Source of the DNA: Narcine bancroftii
Taxonomy: Eukaryota
Assembly: GCF_036971445.1 (NCBI RefSeq)
Contig: NC_091471.1
Location: 202,430,001-202,494,000 of the forward strand
DNA: 64,000 nucleotides
Direction of reading: 5' to 3'
Part shown: positions 1 to 12,612 of the stretch, one piece after another
Layout: the number at the start of each line of letters is the position of its first letter
How positions within the stretch are numbered: the first letter of the stretch is position 1
Notes under the pieces: generated by a model
Database searches by the model: none
What the model saw: the letters and a program-made list of their open reading frames with translations, nothing else
Told to the model about the DNA's origin: nothing
Program-made: the position numbers and the translations under genes

Positions 1-14
1 GATTGCAGTGGAAT

Positions 15-855
15 ATAAAAGGGCTGGAAAAACTCAGCAGGTTATGTAAGGAACTAAATGGTAAGCAACGATTTGGGCCTGAGCCCTTCATCAAGGTATG
101 GGCAAATAGCAGGCAGCAACACTTCACTTGTGAATCTACAGTCTACTGCATCCAGTGCTCCCAATGTGGCCTCGTTTATATTGGAGAGATTGGACACAGA
201 CTGGGAGACCATTTCTTTGATCACCTTCACTCTGTCTGCTGCAGTAACAGGAATCTTCCAATGGCCAACCATTTTAATTCCACGCACCATTCCCACACTG
301 ATATGCCTATCCATAGCTTCATGCATTGCCAAACCAAGGATACTCGCAAATTGGAGGAATATTTCTAATTCATAGATTTAGATTGTGGGTACTCTCCAAC
401 TTGCCAGCATTAATATTGACCTCCAGCTCCCGTTAAAACCCTATTCCTCAAAGTTTTTCTCTTTCTCTAACCATTTGTCTCATTTCCTTCAGCTCCCCAC
501 ACATTCCTTTCCCTCTCCACGGACAGCTACAACCCCATCACTTCTTAGATTTTTTTTCTACTACCCACCCACCTATATCCACCTATGAGCTCTTTCCTGT
601 TAGCCTGTGCTCCTCCCCCTGCCTCTTACTTCTTCCTCTCCTCCCCTAACCCCTCACCCTGCCTGTCTTTTTCCCATTCCTTGACGAAGGGCTCAGGCCT
701 GAAATATTGTTCTACTTCTTCCTCTCCTCTCCTAACCCCTCACCCTGCCTGTCTTTTTCCCATTCCTTGACGAAGGGCTCAGGCCTGAAATATTCTTCCT
801 TTTACTTCCTATTGATGTTGGGTGACCTGCTGAGTTTCTCAGGCACTTTTATATT
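15..855 (+). mobile_element. Penelope-like element fragment: GIY-YIG endonuclease C-terminus plus terminal repeat, with an inverted terminal-repeat copy at the 5' end
   Basis: ORF 3..368 has HFTCES-VYCIQCSQCG-VYIGE-RLGDHF-H-ANHFNS, typical of the Penelope GIY-YIG/CCHH domain. Terminal motif ttgacgaagggctcaggcctgaaa at 681 and 767, with a near reverse complement at 66-95. Confidence 0.85.
627..794 (+). repeat. 86-bp-period tandem duplication within the Penelope terminal repeat
   Basis: 627-708 and 713-794 are near-identical (tacttcttcctctcct...gaaatatt). Confidence 0.9.
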
Positions 856-1607
856 CCCCAACAGTGCTCTCATGCTTTCTTTGCATTATAACTCTGTACT
901 TTGTAAGCTGGGCTCTATGGAATATTAAGAATAACTTGTTAGATTCTTTTCAGAAAATCCTTTCTCACTGTGTTCAATATTATGAGACAAGTTTGCAAAT
1001 CTCCATCAATTTTTGTAGACAACCTCGCAAATAAATGCAAACTGCAAATAGAATTATAAAGTTGTCTGCATCATGAGACATACACAAGATTAAGGAGGAA
1101 ATAAACAAGGACAAGTTTCCAATACAGGGAAAGTTCTCGAATGGGACTTGACGCCTCATACACATTCATTTCACAAATGGTTTGAATTGAATGCACTCTC
1201 TAGATATGGAGTAATTCTCACGTCAGGTTATTAACCATACCAAGGAACTTGGATTACCTCTAAAGGGGGTGGAACCAGAATCATCTTTGAATCTATATAT
1301 TAATATCCAGATAAAGATTATCTACATCTGTCAGTAAATTTAAGCATAAGGAACTGAATGGGTTGAGGTAGTGATTTGGTTCCATTCAGTGGTTTAAGTA
1401 AATTTATTGATTATACTGTATAGAGTAAATGTGCATCTGCCTAACATGAGGCATTTGAAATAAATCTGCCACATTACACCCACTAAAACTGCAATATTTC
1501 CATCTCCTTGATGAAGGGGAATAGAAAAGTGCTATATTTATTGCTGTGAATTACTTAAGAGTGTCACATATGATGTCATTGCTATCAGGAATGTTACACT
1601 TAAATTT

Positions 1608-1775
1608 CATTTAGACATCTAGTCAAGTAACAGGCCCTTCTGGCCCATGAGCCCATGCTGCCAAAATACACTCAATTAACCTACAACCCCATACATTTTG
1701 AAGGGTGGGAGGAAATTGAAGCACCCAGAAGCAAACCCAAACCACGGGGAGAATGTATAAACTTCTTACAGACAA
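1608..1775 (-). mobile_element. tRNA-derived SINE (V-SINE/HE1-like), 5'-truncated
   Basis: Reverse complement matches the body and tail of the copies at 10484 and 56008 (gtttgtacgttctcccc...ggtttcctcccac...gtaggttaattg...tgtctaaa). Confidence 0.75.
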
Positions 1776-2099
1776 AACATATGCTGACTGTTCCACTGAG
1801 AGAGAGAGCATTGTTGTATCAGTTCAGATATCAAATTAAATCTCAAACCGTACACAACTCAACCATTTACAATCCTAAGCCTGAGGACTATTATTTTTTT
1901 CCATATCTGACCAAGAAGCATGAGCAGAAATGTGGAATAAAAGACATCCTTTGATCATTAACAAAAGATAAACCAAATAATATTAAGCAAGATACCCTGA
2001 CCTGATTAAAGTATTAAAACAAGTGGGCAATACAAAATAAACTTTTATTTACAACAACACAATCAGACCAAAGTTTTATCCAGAGTATGTGACATTAAA

Positions 2100-2370
2100 G
2101 AATCTTATAATACTGAAGAAAGCCATTTGGCCCATAGGGCCTGTACCAATCATTTGAGAAAGCCATACAATTAGTGGTATTCTTTTTCAATCGCCTTCCG
2201 GATATTTACTTTTCAAAGAGTTATCTAATTTCCTTTGAAGGATACTATTGAATCTGTTTCTACCATCCTTTCAGGCAATGTATTCCAGATCATAACAACT
2301 CGTTGTGTAAAAAACACTCTCTTCATCTGGTTCTTTTGCCAATTTTAGATCACTGGTTATGGTCCAACTT
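2100..2370 (-). mobile_element. Degenerate CR1-type LINE 3' end
   Basis: Resembles the CR1 3' ends elsewhere in the window (tctaccatcctttcaggcaatgtattccagatcataacaactcg...aaaaa). Confidence 0.5.
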
Positions 2371-4330
2371 ACAATAAACTGCATATGTCTTTTCCAGCTT
2401 CTACTCAGTAGACCACCCAGACTGAGTCTGAATATGAGTTTTAATCTTTATTTTGAGACTTCTGACCATAAGAAAAGAGAACACTATCCCTTCAATTTCT
2501 TCCACATTTAATGACTTGCAGCCAGCAACTCAGGAAAATTTACCTGATCCTTTTAGAGTTTCAACAGTGTTTTCAAAAGAAAGACTTATTCCGATAAAAG
2601 GAGGTAAGGATATTTATAGAAATAACAAAGTAACAGATAACCATTCTTTCTGGCCACTCATTCACAAAATTGCTTTGTTTTTGCATAAATGAGACCAGTA
2701 TTAGTTTGTCAGTGACATTTTATACAAAAAGAAGTTCATTCTAATTGAGAGCATACCACTTCAGACTAACTTTCTTTGAGTGGTCAGAATTACAAAATGC
2801 AAGGCTATTTGTTGGAGGAAGAATGCGCAACAATGCTAATCCAGGGGAATCGTGAGCAAGTGCCCTCTTTCAGTTTTAGCTGCAAACAGGGTGGTCATTC
2901 CTCAGTACCCTCTAGAAGGAAGAGGTACGGAGATTAGCTTGTTAAAAAGACCCTTAAGCAGGTGCATTGGCAATCAATGAATCATGCCTTTAAAATGAGT
3001 GCTGGCAATCCTGTGGAAATGTTTTAGTTGTTCCAGTTAGAAAAAGAACTGTGTCCCACAAAACAAATGCACTCTTAGTTCACCAGTCATCCAGCTGAAT
3101 AAGTGAGTTTGCATTAAGGCCAAGCCAAGATTTTCAGCAAAAGCCCATTTCCCCATTGAACCAAGCCGAGATCGACTGAAAAACTATGTGAAGGCAGCCT
3201 CCTTTGGAATTCCATTTCACTTGCATCCCTAAGAGAAATGCTCAGCTTGTAGAGAGTAGGTTGGAGGATTATTCTGTGTCTGTTAAATTCCTGGCCTCTC
3301 AACAAAATTGGACTTGACATGTACTATTTCAACCTTGTTTTAAAAGATTATATCCTCAAAGCAAGCAAAGAACATTGAACCAGGGGATTACTTCAGCCAG
3401 AAGCATCAGACCCTATTGAGAGATAACCTGGGAAATCATTGGACTTTCCCCCAATGCGAAGAACACGATAAAGTAACTCTAGTATCCGTACTCACATTGC
3501 AACTTTGCATCTGTTATTTAGAGCTGGTTGGTCAGGAACTTTTCACTAGCAGAAAAAAAAACATCAGAATTTTCATTTCCATTTCATACCTCACAGAGAA
3601 TATCCTTTTGTTATCTGTGCCTGCTTTGATGAAGCAAATTAATCTAGATCAATCTTGTCCTATCCCTTGTTTCACATTTGATCCCATGCAATCCTAATGA
3701 TTTAGCTTTCATGGCACTTAACAGGTGGCTTCCACGACAGACCTTCTACAAGAAGGAAAGGGCAATGAACAGTCAATCCTGATCACTAACCAGTTCTGTC
3801 CTGGTGGGTTTTGCAATTGAAATTGATATAAACACAGTCAACATTTATTTCTCTCCTCTAATTGTCATTGAGAAGCTGGTGGTGATCCTCCAACTTGAAT
3901 TTTAGCAGGTGAAGTTATTTCCACACAAAGATTTGGCAAGGAATTCTAGGACTTAGGTCAAGATGGTGAAGGGCCAGTGATATATTTCTTAGATGGTGTG
4001 TGACCCACAGTGAAACTTCATGTAGTTTACACACATTTGCTGTCCTTGTCCTTCTTAGTGTGTGGTGGAAGTGCTGTCAAAGAAACCCAGGTGTATAAAT
4101 GTAGTGTATTTTGTAGATGATACACGAGGGGTGGAGGGTATTAAAAAAGCTCATTACTGCCAAAGGCATATTTCACAATTTTTAAAAGTATCAGATTACT
4201 ATAGATATATAAAAATAATTTTGATGATTTAAATAACTAAAATAATAAGAATAATTAAGTTAAAAATACTCCAAACTGTTATAAATTAATTAAAAATATT
4301 AACAAAGGTAAAAAAAAATACAAAAACTAA

Positions 4331-5025
4331 ATCAGATTCAGATTTCAAATTTATTGTCAGAGTACATACATGACATCGCATACAATCCTGAGATTCCTTT
4401 TCCCTGAGGGCATGGCAGAATTATCATTAATTGGTAGTGCAGAACAGTAAATTATACACAGTAAACATGTAAACAATCAAAAGAACTGTGAACAGAAAAC
4501 AAATGTAAACAAACTGCAATACAGAGAGAACAAAAAGAAAATCAATAAAGTGGAAAAATAAGAGTCCTTAAATGAGTCTCTGATTGAGTTTGTTGTTGAG
4601 GAGTCTGATGGTAGAGGGGTAGCAGCTATTCCTGAACCTGGTGGTGCGAGTCTTGTGACATCTATACCACTTTCCTGATGACAGCAGTGAGAGCAGAGTG
4701 TGTGCTGTGTGGTGTGGGACCTTGATGATTGTTGCTGCTCTCCGACGGCAGCATTCTCCGTAGATGTACTCAGTAGTGGGGAGGGTTTTACCTGTGATGT
4801 CCTGGGCTGTGTTCACTGCCTTCTGGAGGGCTTTATGCTCAGGGGTATTGGTCTTCCCATGCCAGACTGTGATGCAGCCGGTCAGCACACTTTCCACTAC
4901 AACTTGTAGAAATTTGCCAGGGTTTCTGATGTCATACCAAACCTCCGCAAACTCCTGAGGAAGTAGAGGCACTGACATGCTTTCTTCACAATGTCATTGG
5001 TGTGCTTGGTCCAGGAAAGATCTGA
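4331..5025 (-). mobile_element. Rex1/Babar-clade LINE, 3' fragment
   Basis: ORF 4568..4978 reads VESVLTGCITVW.G...KALQK.V.TAQ.ITG..LP...IIK.PHH.AH.L.SLL.SGK.YR...RTTRFRNS.YP.TIRLLN, the Rex-Babar ORF2 C-terminus. (tctgaa)-like microsatellite tail at ~4332-4347. Confidence 0.85.
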
Positions 5026-7315
5026 ATTTTCCTGAAATTATCCAGCAAAGATTAAGCTCCCCCATACCCCCTCCCCCACCCCCAGTATACTTGTAAATCA
5101 GATCTTGCAGGGGAATCTGTTGTTGAATTTTGACACCAAATATAGTGGGTGCAAAACTGAAGGGTCAGATATGGTGCAATCCAGAGTCACCACTTAATTT
5201 TGTGGTGATTCTAGCTGTAAGTTGGGAAGGCAAATGTGAACTCTAAATTCCACTCCATTGTGTGCAAACACAGAAGTCCTGAAGTCTGGAAGGTGGAAGG
5301 TGAACAATTCCTGACAGAACTGCAATCTATAATTTTTCTGAGATATCAAGATATTGATGCCTCGATACAGGTTAAAATAGACAATGTTGGGATTAGTCAT
5401 CAGATCTACAAGTACGGTATCTTTGAAAGATAAGAAGGATTAATCTTTCACATTGATCATGACTTGATTTCACAGAAATTCTGTGGTTTTTCAATTGCTG
5501 GTTAAATCCACTGCTGAATGTTTTCCCCCACAGACATAGCTTATGCGTGATTCTAATTACAATCCATATGTGAAAATGCAAGCACAATTTCCTGCAGCAA
5601 TTGAGCATTAACAAATCTTTAAATGTTGCAAGTATGGAAAGTCCCTGCAAAGCTGGAAGACAAGAATTATTTGGGCTGGTGGTGCCTTTCCAGAACGTAC
5701 CAAATAATTCTTCTCACTTTTCAACCACAATTCCACCCTGGCAAAACACTGGGGGAAATCCAATCTCTCATGCTTTGTTTGCATTTTGAAAAAGAGAAGA
5801 ATTAATAAAACCCAAGAGCTGTAATGTATTAAAAGTCACTATTAATGCTGCAAGAGCTGTAATTTACAAAATCAGACTGACAAATCCCTTAAAGCAGGAC
5901 TGCTGTTTTGGGGTTTGAATGAAATGAATATCCTTCTTTTCATATTTCATGGGAAATATAATTGAAACTTAAGAGTCAGTGCAAGTAAGGTTGAGATTGC
6001 TAAGTCCCAGCAAAGTCTGAGCAACCTTTATCTTTGAAGGTGTTTCAAGCCCAGGGACATGAGCTGAGAGAGCTACTTTCATGGGAAACATATGACATCA
6101 AAGGGAAACTTTGTTGCATTTAGAATTTTTAGTAAATTTGGTGCCAATTATTCCTGGGAGGACACATTGAAGGTAAGATTATAATAAATATCTAACTTGA
6201 GGCAGTTACTTCTATTATAGAGAATTAGCATTTTTGGGTTTTTTTTTTCCCCCTTTGATATTCCTTTCTATTCTTTATTTTCAGGACTTGGACACAGGTT
6301 AACATAAGATATTGGCTCTATTTTATATCCTCAGCATGTATGCTTGTTCGAAAAGAACAAGGCTGTGACCTCTGCAAATGTCTACAAGAAATTATATGAA
6401 TGCATTTAAGCAGTTTCTCCAGACTTTCTTTGAAGTTGCTTCAGAAGATTCATCCTATTTTTCTTTTTTTCAATGGTCTACATTTGTTATAAGATTTTGC
6501 TTCTTAAACTTTTTTTGCTGATTTGTTAAATTAAGTTATGGTAATTTGTTAAAATAAACAATAATTTAAATACAGTTTGATGAAATTTTGAATTCTAAGA
6601 ATTAAGTCATGTTTGCTTTCGAACTCTTAATCTGGAGATGTAACTAATTTTGGAATCGTGTGTGAAGATGGTTTTTTTTGCTGTTTAGATCTTCATGCAA
6701 AGTTTATCGTCCTGTATTCTGAAAGTCTTAGCAATTAATAAGTAATGATTCCACAATGCAGATTGATTTGGAGACCTGTCTTTTGGAATGAACATTTTAC
6801 CAGAAAGGAAAATATTTTCATGACAAAATAAAATCTAATAATCTCTACATAGCAAAATATAATTCATACAACATCATTTCTATTCATGAAAATCTATGTA
6901 AAACAGAACATGACTGATGCCAGGTTGGTAACTGAAGTGAGAGGTGGGCTATTTTTAGAGTTCAAAGAGGAACTAATAATGAAGTGATAAAGCTAAAGAG
7001 AAATTGGGGAAAAAACACCAACAAAACAAAAAAATAATTAAAAACACTCCAAAAGCTTGCCAACAAAAAAAAATGCTACAAAGGGAGAGTTGTGGCCAAT
7101 CAAAGATCAAATAGTAAAATTACTTACAGTGGCAGAGGGTGTGAGTGAGGTTTGAAATGCATATTTTATATTTTTCTTTGCCAGGAAGAAGATGCTGCTG
7201 GAGTTTCAATAAAAGAAATATGCAGTAAAATTTAAGAGAGCTAATGATTGATCAATAGAAAGTACCAAAAATATTAGCTGCACTTAAAATAGCTGAAGTA
7301 ACCAGGCCTGGCAGT

Positions 7316-7969
7316 AGATGATTCCAGCCATTTAAACCCATGCCGCCCAAATAAAACCCCAAATTAACCTACAACCCCGTACATTTTGAAGGATGAGTGG
7401 AAACAAGAGCACCTGGGGAAAATCCATGCAGACATTGAGAAAACATACAAACTTCTTATAGACAGCACTGGATTCAAACTCGGGTACAAGCATTATAATA
7501 TTATAACAGCGCTGGATTCAAACTCGGGTACAAGTGTTATAATATTATCACAGCGCTGGATTCAAACTCAGGTACAAGCGTTATAATATTATCACAGCAC
7601 TGGATTCAAACTTGGGTACAAGCATTATAATATTATCACAGCGCTGGATTCAAACTCGGGTACAAGTGTTATAATATTATCACAGCGCTGGATTCAAACT
7701 CGGGTACAAGCATTATAATATTATCACAGCGCTGGATTCAAACTCGGGTACAAGCTTTATAATATTATAACAGCGCTGGATTCAAACTCGGGTACAAGTG
7801 TTATAATATTATCACAGCGCTGGATTCAAACTCGGGTACAAGCGTTATAATATTATCACAGCGCTGGATTCAAACTCAGGTACAAATGTTATAATATTAT
7901 CACAGCGCTGGATTCAAACTCAGGCACAAGCGTTATAATATTGTCACACTAACAGCAATGCTAAGCATG
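7316..7969 (-). mobile_element. tRNA-derived SINE whose head is expanded into a minisatellite
   Basis: SINE body 7316-7462 and A-box-side head cactaacagcaatgctaagcatg at ~7947-7969 flank the array. Confidence 0.8.
7463..7946. repeat. Minisatellite, 11 x 44 bp (cagcgctggattcaaactcgggtacaagcgttataatattatca)
   Basis: Units start at 7463, 7507, 7551, 7595, 7639, 7683, 7727, 7771, 7815, 7859 and 7903, with only a few substitutions each and no spacers. Confidence 0.97.
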
Positions 7970-9761
7970 AATCATATGTAGCTAAGGAAAGTAAGGGAGG
8001 AAATCGTAGCATCTACTGCTATAGTCTTCCAAACTTCTACGGATCAGTGGGTGCCTCCTGAGACTTGGAAAATTGAAAATGTTACTTCTTGTACCAAAAA
8101 TGGTGCAGAGGTAAGTTCAGTAGCAGATCAGTCAGCTTCAACCCAATGATGGGAAAGGACTAGGTGCAATAAGCAGGAACAAAATTATGCGTCTCTTGTT
8201 CCCGTGTTGTTTGATTAGAGATAACAAGCATAAATTTGTTCAAAGCTAATCCTGTCCAACTCACTTGAGAGCCCGATTTGATGAAGTAACGGAGGGGCTC
8301 AATGAGAGAAATGTAGTTGGTTTGCATGAATTTCCAAAAGGCTTTTGAGAAAATGCCACTGAGGATTTTGTTTTGTTATAAAGATTTAATGACACGCTGC
8401 AGCAAAGGGGATTGTTACAGCATGAGTTTTCTTCAGCAAATGGTTATATTCAATCCTGTTGAGATGAAATAAACAGCACAGCACAATTACATTTCATGGC
8501 AACTATATAGCTGCAAACAGAAACTAATGCAAAATTAAAGATGTGAAGTTATGAAACAGGGTTGAAAAACTTGTCTGAAGGAGCTAAGAATTCTCCTAAT
8601 CTTGTGTTGTACAATTTATAGAATTCACAGGAGAAGCAACATAAGCAAATCTATATCGTCTTCTCCAGCTGGCTGAGGATTTTATTTATCTGTAGGACAT
8701 GACATTTATTGTCACTCTTTAATTAACCCTTGATTTTATTGTCCATTTTGAAGACAAGTCCACATTGGTGGTCTAGACTCAAGGTCACATAAAGGCTACC
8801 AAGGTAGGCAGATTCCTTTACTTGAAGGATATTTGGGGTTTGTACAGTGACCTAATAGCTCATAGCCTTCATTGCATCTTGCTTCTTTTTAAGTTTCAGG
8901 TTTACTTAAATATTGGAATTAAAGTTCCTCATTAGCTGTGAATTTGAACTTGTGTCCTTGAATCTATTCTCTGGACAACTATCCATTAACATAGTCATTT
9001 TACTATTAGACTCCAACTAATATAAGCATTCTAAAGAACCCCACAAAATCCAATCCATATTTTTAAATTCTCAATTGAAATTTAGAATGTTTCTTGCAGT
9101 TTTATTGATTTTATTTTCCCCTCACAAAGCTGGACTGAATAGACGAATATCTTTTTTCACAATAGGAATAAGTATAGTGTGAGTCCAAGCATGTACTTCT
9201 GGGGCCTGGGGTCAAATCCTGCACAGAATAATTGAATGAAGGTTTCTTGTGTTTGGCTGGAAACTGAGAAAGTCTTTGAAAGGACTTTTCGTAGTAGTTT
9301 CAGTCAGTTCCTGATTGGCCCAGATCCATCATGCACAGCTGTTCTCACTTTGGCACTAAATTGGTAATCTCAAGAGGGTTGTGTGGTAGGTAAGGGAAAA
9401 ATGTCACATTGATACAGTTGGGTGTGCTCTTCAGTATGAGTGTTGGAACAGAACAAGAAGGCACTTCAGTTTGCATTGACAAGTGTGGCTTCCCTTAACA
9501 ATGTTCCATTCCCAAGTAATAATTCATTCTTCATCAGCGTAAGAAACACGAAGTAAATGTTGATGTATTTTCAATTAACGGGGAAAATATTTAATTTTCA
9601 CCCAAGGAATGGGAATGATGAGGTGCCATAAAGGGATGGCTCTGTGAGAAGAGGATTCTGTTGAATGGCCTGAAGAAAACTGTTCTTTCAGGCTGCTAAT
9701 TAAGTTAAGAAATAAATTTGTGGTTTAGATTAAATTCTAGATTGAAGTGGCTGGGTATTAG

Positions 9762-10010
9762 ACTGCAGTCACAAGAGATGCTGGAATCTGGAGGAACAAA
9801 CAACCTGTTGGAGGAACTCAGTGGGGAAGCAGCATAAGTTAGATGTGGGGGGGGGGGGGCAGATGGATGGGGAGGGGGAAGGAATTGTCTATGTTTTGGA
9901 TCAAAGCCCTTCATGTTCATTCTGAACATTAACAATTCATACCCCCCTACCCCCCCCTCCCCCCGACATTGCTGCTGTTCAACCCACTGAGTTTCTCCAG
10001 TGGATTGTAA
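9762..10010. mobile_element. Inverted pair of Penelope-type terminal-repeat remnants
   Basis: gaggaactcagtggg (~9811) versus cccactgagtttctcc (~9983); decayed ...aagcccttcat core near 9905. Confidence 0.5.
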
Positions 10011-10483
10011 ATCGGCTGGACTAAAAACAACGGAGAGCTAAGAATTTATCATTTTCTAAATGGGGCATCTGCTTTTTTTCTGCCAATAATGGTTCTGACA
10101 CTGCAAAATTTGAGAGGAGCATCTTGCTTCCTTCTGAGCTCAGTATATGAATTTAATATTTCTCATATCTAAAACTCTATGGGATCACAGGGACTGATCC
10201 AATATTGATTTCAGCATTGCCTGGATGCTCACTTAGTGTTTAATCTGTCAATGTCTCACTTTAGTGTTCAGCATTGGCTTCTTTTGACATTCCAGATAGA
10301 CTTCTTTATGTTGATGGAACAGTGTAGCTTGTTTTATTTTCAGACCTGTCCTTATTGGTTTCCTATTTGCCCCCAGAAATGGCTTTGGTTGTTTTACAAA
10401 AGCTGTTCTGAAGCTGACACAATTTTCCTCTGTCTTTTAGACACTTCCCAAACATGTTGCATTTGAGATTCTCCATAAACCAA

Positions 10484-10714
10484 GGGTGGCACACTTAGCG
10501 TTACAGTGCCAGTGAGCTGGGTTCAAATCCAGCACTGTCCGTAAAGAGTTTGTATCTTCTCCCTGTGTCCGCATGGGTTTTCTCCAGGTGCTCCATTACC
10601 TCCCACGTTCTACATTCTAAGATGTATGTTGTTATTAGGTTAATTAGTCACATTTGTGTATTTGGCGGCATAGGATTGTGGACCTGTGCTGCACTGTGTT
10701 GTATGTCTAAATAA
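10484..10714 (+). mobile_element. tRNA-derived SINE (V-SINE/HE1-like), near full length
   Basis: Partial A box (ggcacacttagc), B box gggttcaaatcc, conserved central domain and LINE-like tail ending tgtctaaataaa. Confidence 0.8.
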
Positions 10715-10814
10715 AACTATTGGCACTTCCTTCAGTTCTTGATGTTCATATTGTTGATTTTACATTGTCCTGGATTTTGTTGTTGGTTTTTATCTTTATC
10801 TTATTATTCAACAG

Positions 10815-11482
10815 ACTGAAAAACCTCACAAAGATAAGCGTATACAGAGCCGTTGTCATACCCACACTCCTGTTCGGCTCCGAATCATGGGTCCTCTACC
10901 GGCACCACCTACGGCTCCTAGAACGCTTCCACCAGTGTTGTCTCCGCTCCATCCTCAACATCCATTGGAGCGCTTACATCCCTAACGTCGAAGTACTCGA
11001 GATGGCAGAGGTCGACAGCATCGAGTCCACGCTGCTGAAGATCCAGCTGCGCTGGATGGGTCACGTCTCCAGAATGGAGGACCATCGCCTTCCCAAGATC
11101 GTGTTATATGGCGAGCTCTCCACTGGCCACCGTGACAGAGGTGCACCAAAGAAAAGGTACAAGGACTGCCTAAAGAAATCTCTTGGTGCCTGCCACATTG
11201 ACCACCGCCAGTGGGCTGATAACGCCTCAAACCGTGCATCTTGGCGCCTCACAGTTTGGCGGGCAGCAACCTCCTTTGAAGAAGACCGCAGAGCCCACCT
11301 CACTGACAAAAGGCAAAGGAGGAAAAACCCAACACCCAACCCCAACCAACCAATTTTCCCCTGCAACCGCTGCAATCGTGTCTGCCTGTCCCGCATCGGA
11401 CTTGTCAGCCACAAACGAGCCTGCAGCTGACGTGGACTTTTTACCCCCTCCATAAATCTTCGTCCGCGAAGCCAAGCCAAAG
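10815..11482 (+). mobile_element. Young 5'-truncated RTE-clade (BovB-like) LINE with 12-bp TSD
   Basis: Open frame TKISVYRAVVIPTLLFGSESW...QLRWMGHVSRMEDHRLPKIVLYGEL...CNRC...IGLVSHKRAC. TSD attattcaacag at 10803-10814 and 11483-11494. CpG-rich. Confidence 0.95.
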
Positions 11483-11714
11483 ATTATTCAACAGGGAGTG
11501 ATTAGGGATAGCTTGTGATATAAGAAATATTAAATTCATATATGAATTCAGAAGGAAGTGAGGGAAACAGTCTTGACTAGTACAGTCAGCGCTATGACAT
11601 TATGGTATCTTTATAGATTTTAGGCAAGTTTTTATTTGAAGGAAACCGTAAAAATGACAAACTAAAAGGAACAAAGATATTAAATAAAATAAGAAATTTG
11701 AATACATAGTTGAA

Positions 11715-12612
11715 ACTAAACAACAAACTGTGTGAGGAACTCAATGGGTGAGATAGTGATTTGGAGGAAAAAAGATAATGAATATTTTGGGTTGAGACAC
11801 AATATAAGGACTGAAAAGGGAAAACAGAATGAAGAGTTGAGGAGGAGAGATGAGTTAGGAAATGGTAGGTGATAGGTGGATCTAGGTAGAAAGGGGTTGA
11901 TGGGTAGTTAGAGCCAGCTGTAGGAGGAAAGGGAGAGGCAGGCAAGTGATAAGTGGAGATGATGATTATGTAACCAAATAAGAAAGGAAGGTGAGGAATG
12001 AAACCAGATAAGGGAGGGAGGAGAGTGCAGATGGAGGCAGGTGGAGAATGGAAAAAAACTAGGTGACAGGGGGTGATCTAGAAAGAAGGGTGCATATCTG
12101 AGAGAACATTGGTGGTTCAGAAGGAGAGAGGAAGAAATGGAAGGAGTGCAAATTACCTGAATTTGGAGAATGCAACATTCATGCCACTGGGTTGTAGATT
12201 ACCCAGGCAGTCACAAGGTGCTTTTCCTCTGATTTATGATTGGCGTTGCCATGACTGAGCACAGACACGTTGGTGTGAGAATGGAGAGGGGAGTTAAAAT
12301 AACTTGCAAACAAAAGCTCCATATGATCATAGAGGTCAAAGCAAAATGGTCACCTAGAGTCTGCTTGGTTATGGTGATGAAGATAAAGCTGCAACGACAG
12401 CACTGAATGAAAGAGAAGAGATGGCTGTGAATATCTGCCTCAACTGGAAGGACTGTTTTGGACCTTGGGTGAGGAAGAAAGTGTAGGGAAAGGTGTGGCA
12501 CTCCAACCTTTGCAAGTGGAAATGCCTGGGATGGACAAAATGGTGAAGTGGGATGAGTAATCCTGAACTGGAGTAGTTCCTGTGGAAAGCAGAAAGGGGT
12601 GTGGAGGAAGGA
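11715..12612 (-). mobile_element. Degenerate Penelope-like element fragment
   Basis: Minus-strand decayed GIY-YIG (IQCCRC...TKQTLGDHFA), purine-rich UTR on plus and a terminal repeat at ~11720-11815. Confidence 0.6.

Larger units (their letters stand above)
7060..8360 (+). mobile_element. Old CR1 LINE ORF2 fragment, interrupted by a SINE and minisatellite
   Basis: Decayed ...PG.D...LRKVREEI...IVFQTS....PETWKIENV-like coding on either side of the SINE. Confidence 0.55.

Noticed and set aside
7463-7946. CRISPR array
   Set aside because: Units are head-to-tail with no unique spacers, there are no cas genes, the context is eukaryotic, and the unit derives from a SINE.
10484-10540. tRNA gene
   Set aside because: The A/B-box-like head runs into a SINE body, no cloverleaf is evident, and there are multiple dispersed copies.
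10720-11430. 236-aa membrane-anchored host protein
   Set aside because: The hydrophobic N-terminus is T-rich flanking DNA read in frame into a 5'-truncated RTE; the TSD marks the junction at 10814/10815.
11061-11480. Conserved antisense protein of RTE
   Set aside because: Explained by GC-rich codon usage and the youth of the copies; no credible ATG start or independent evidence.
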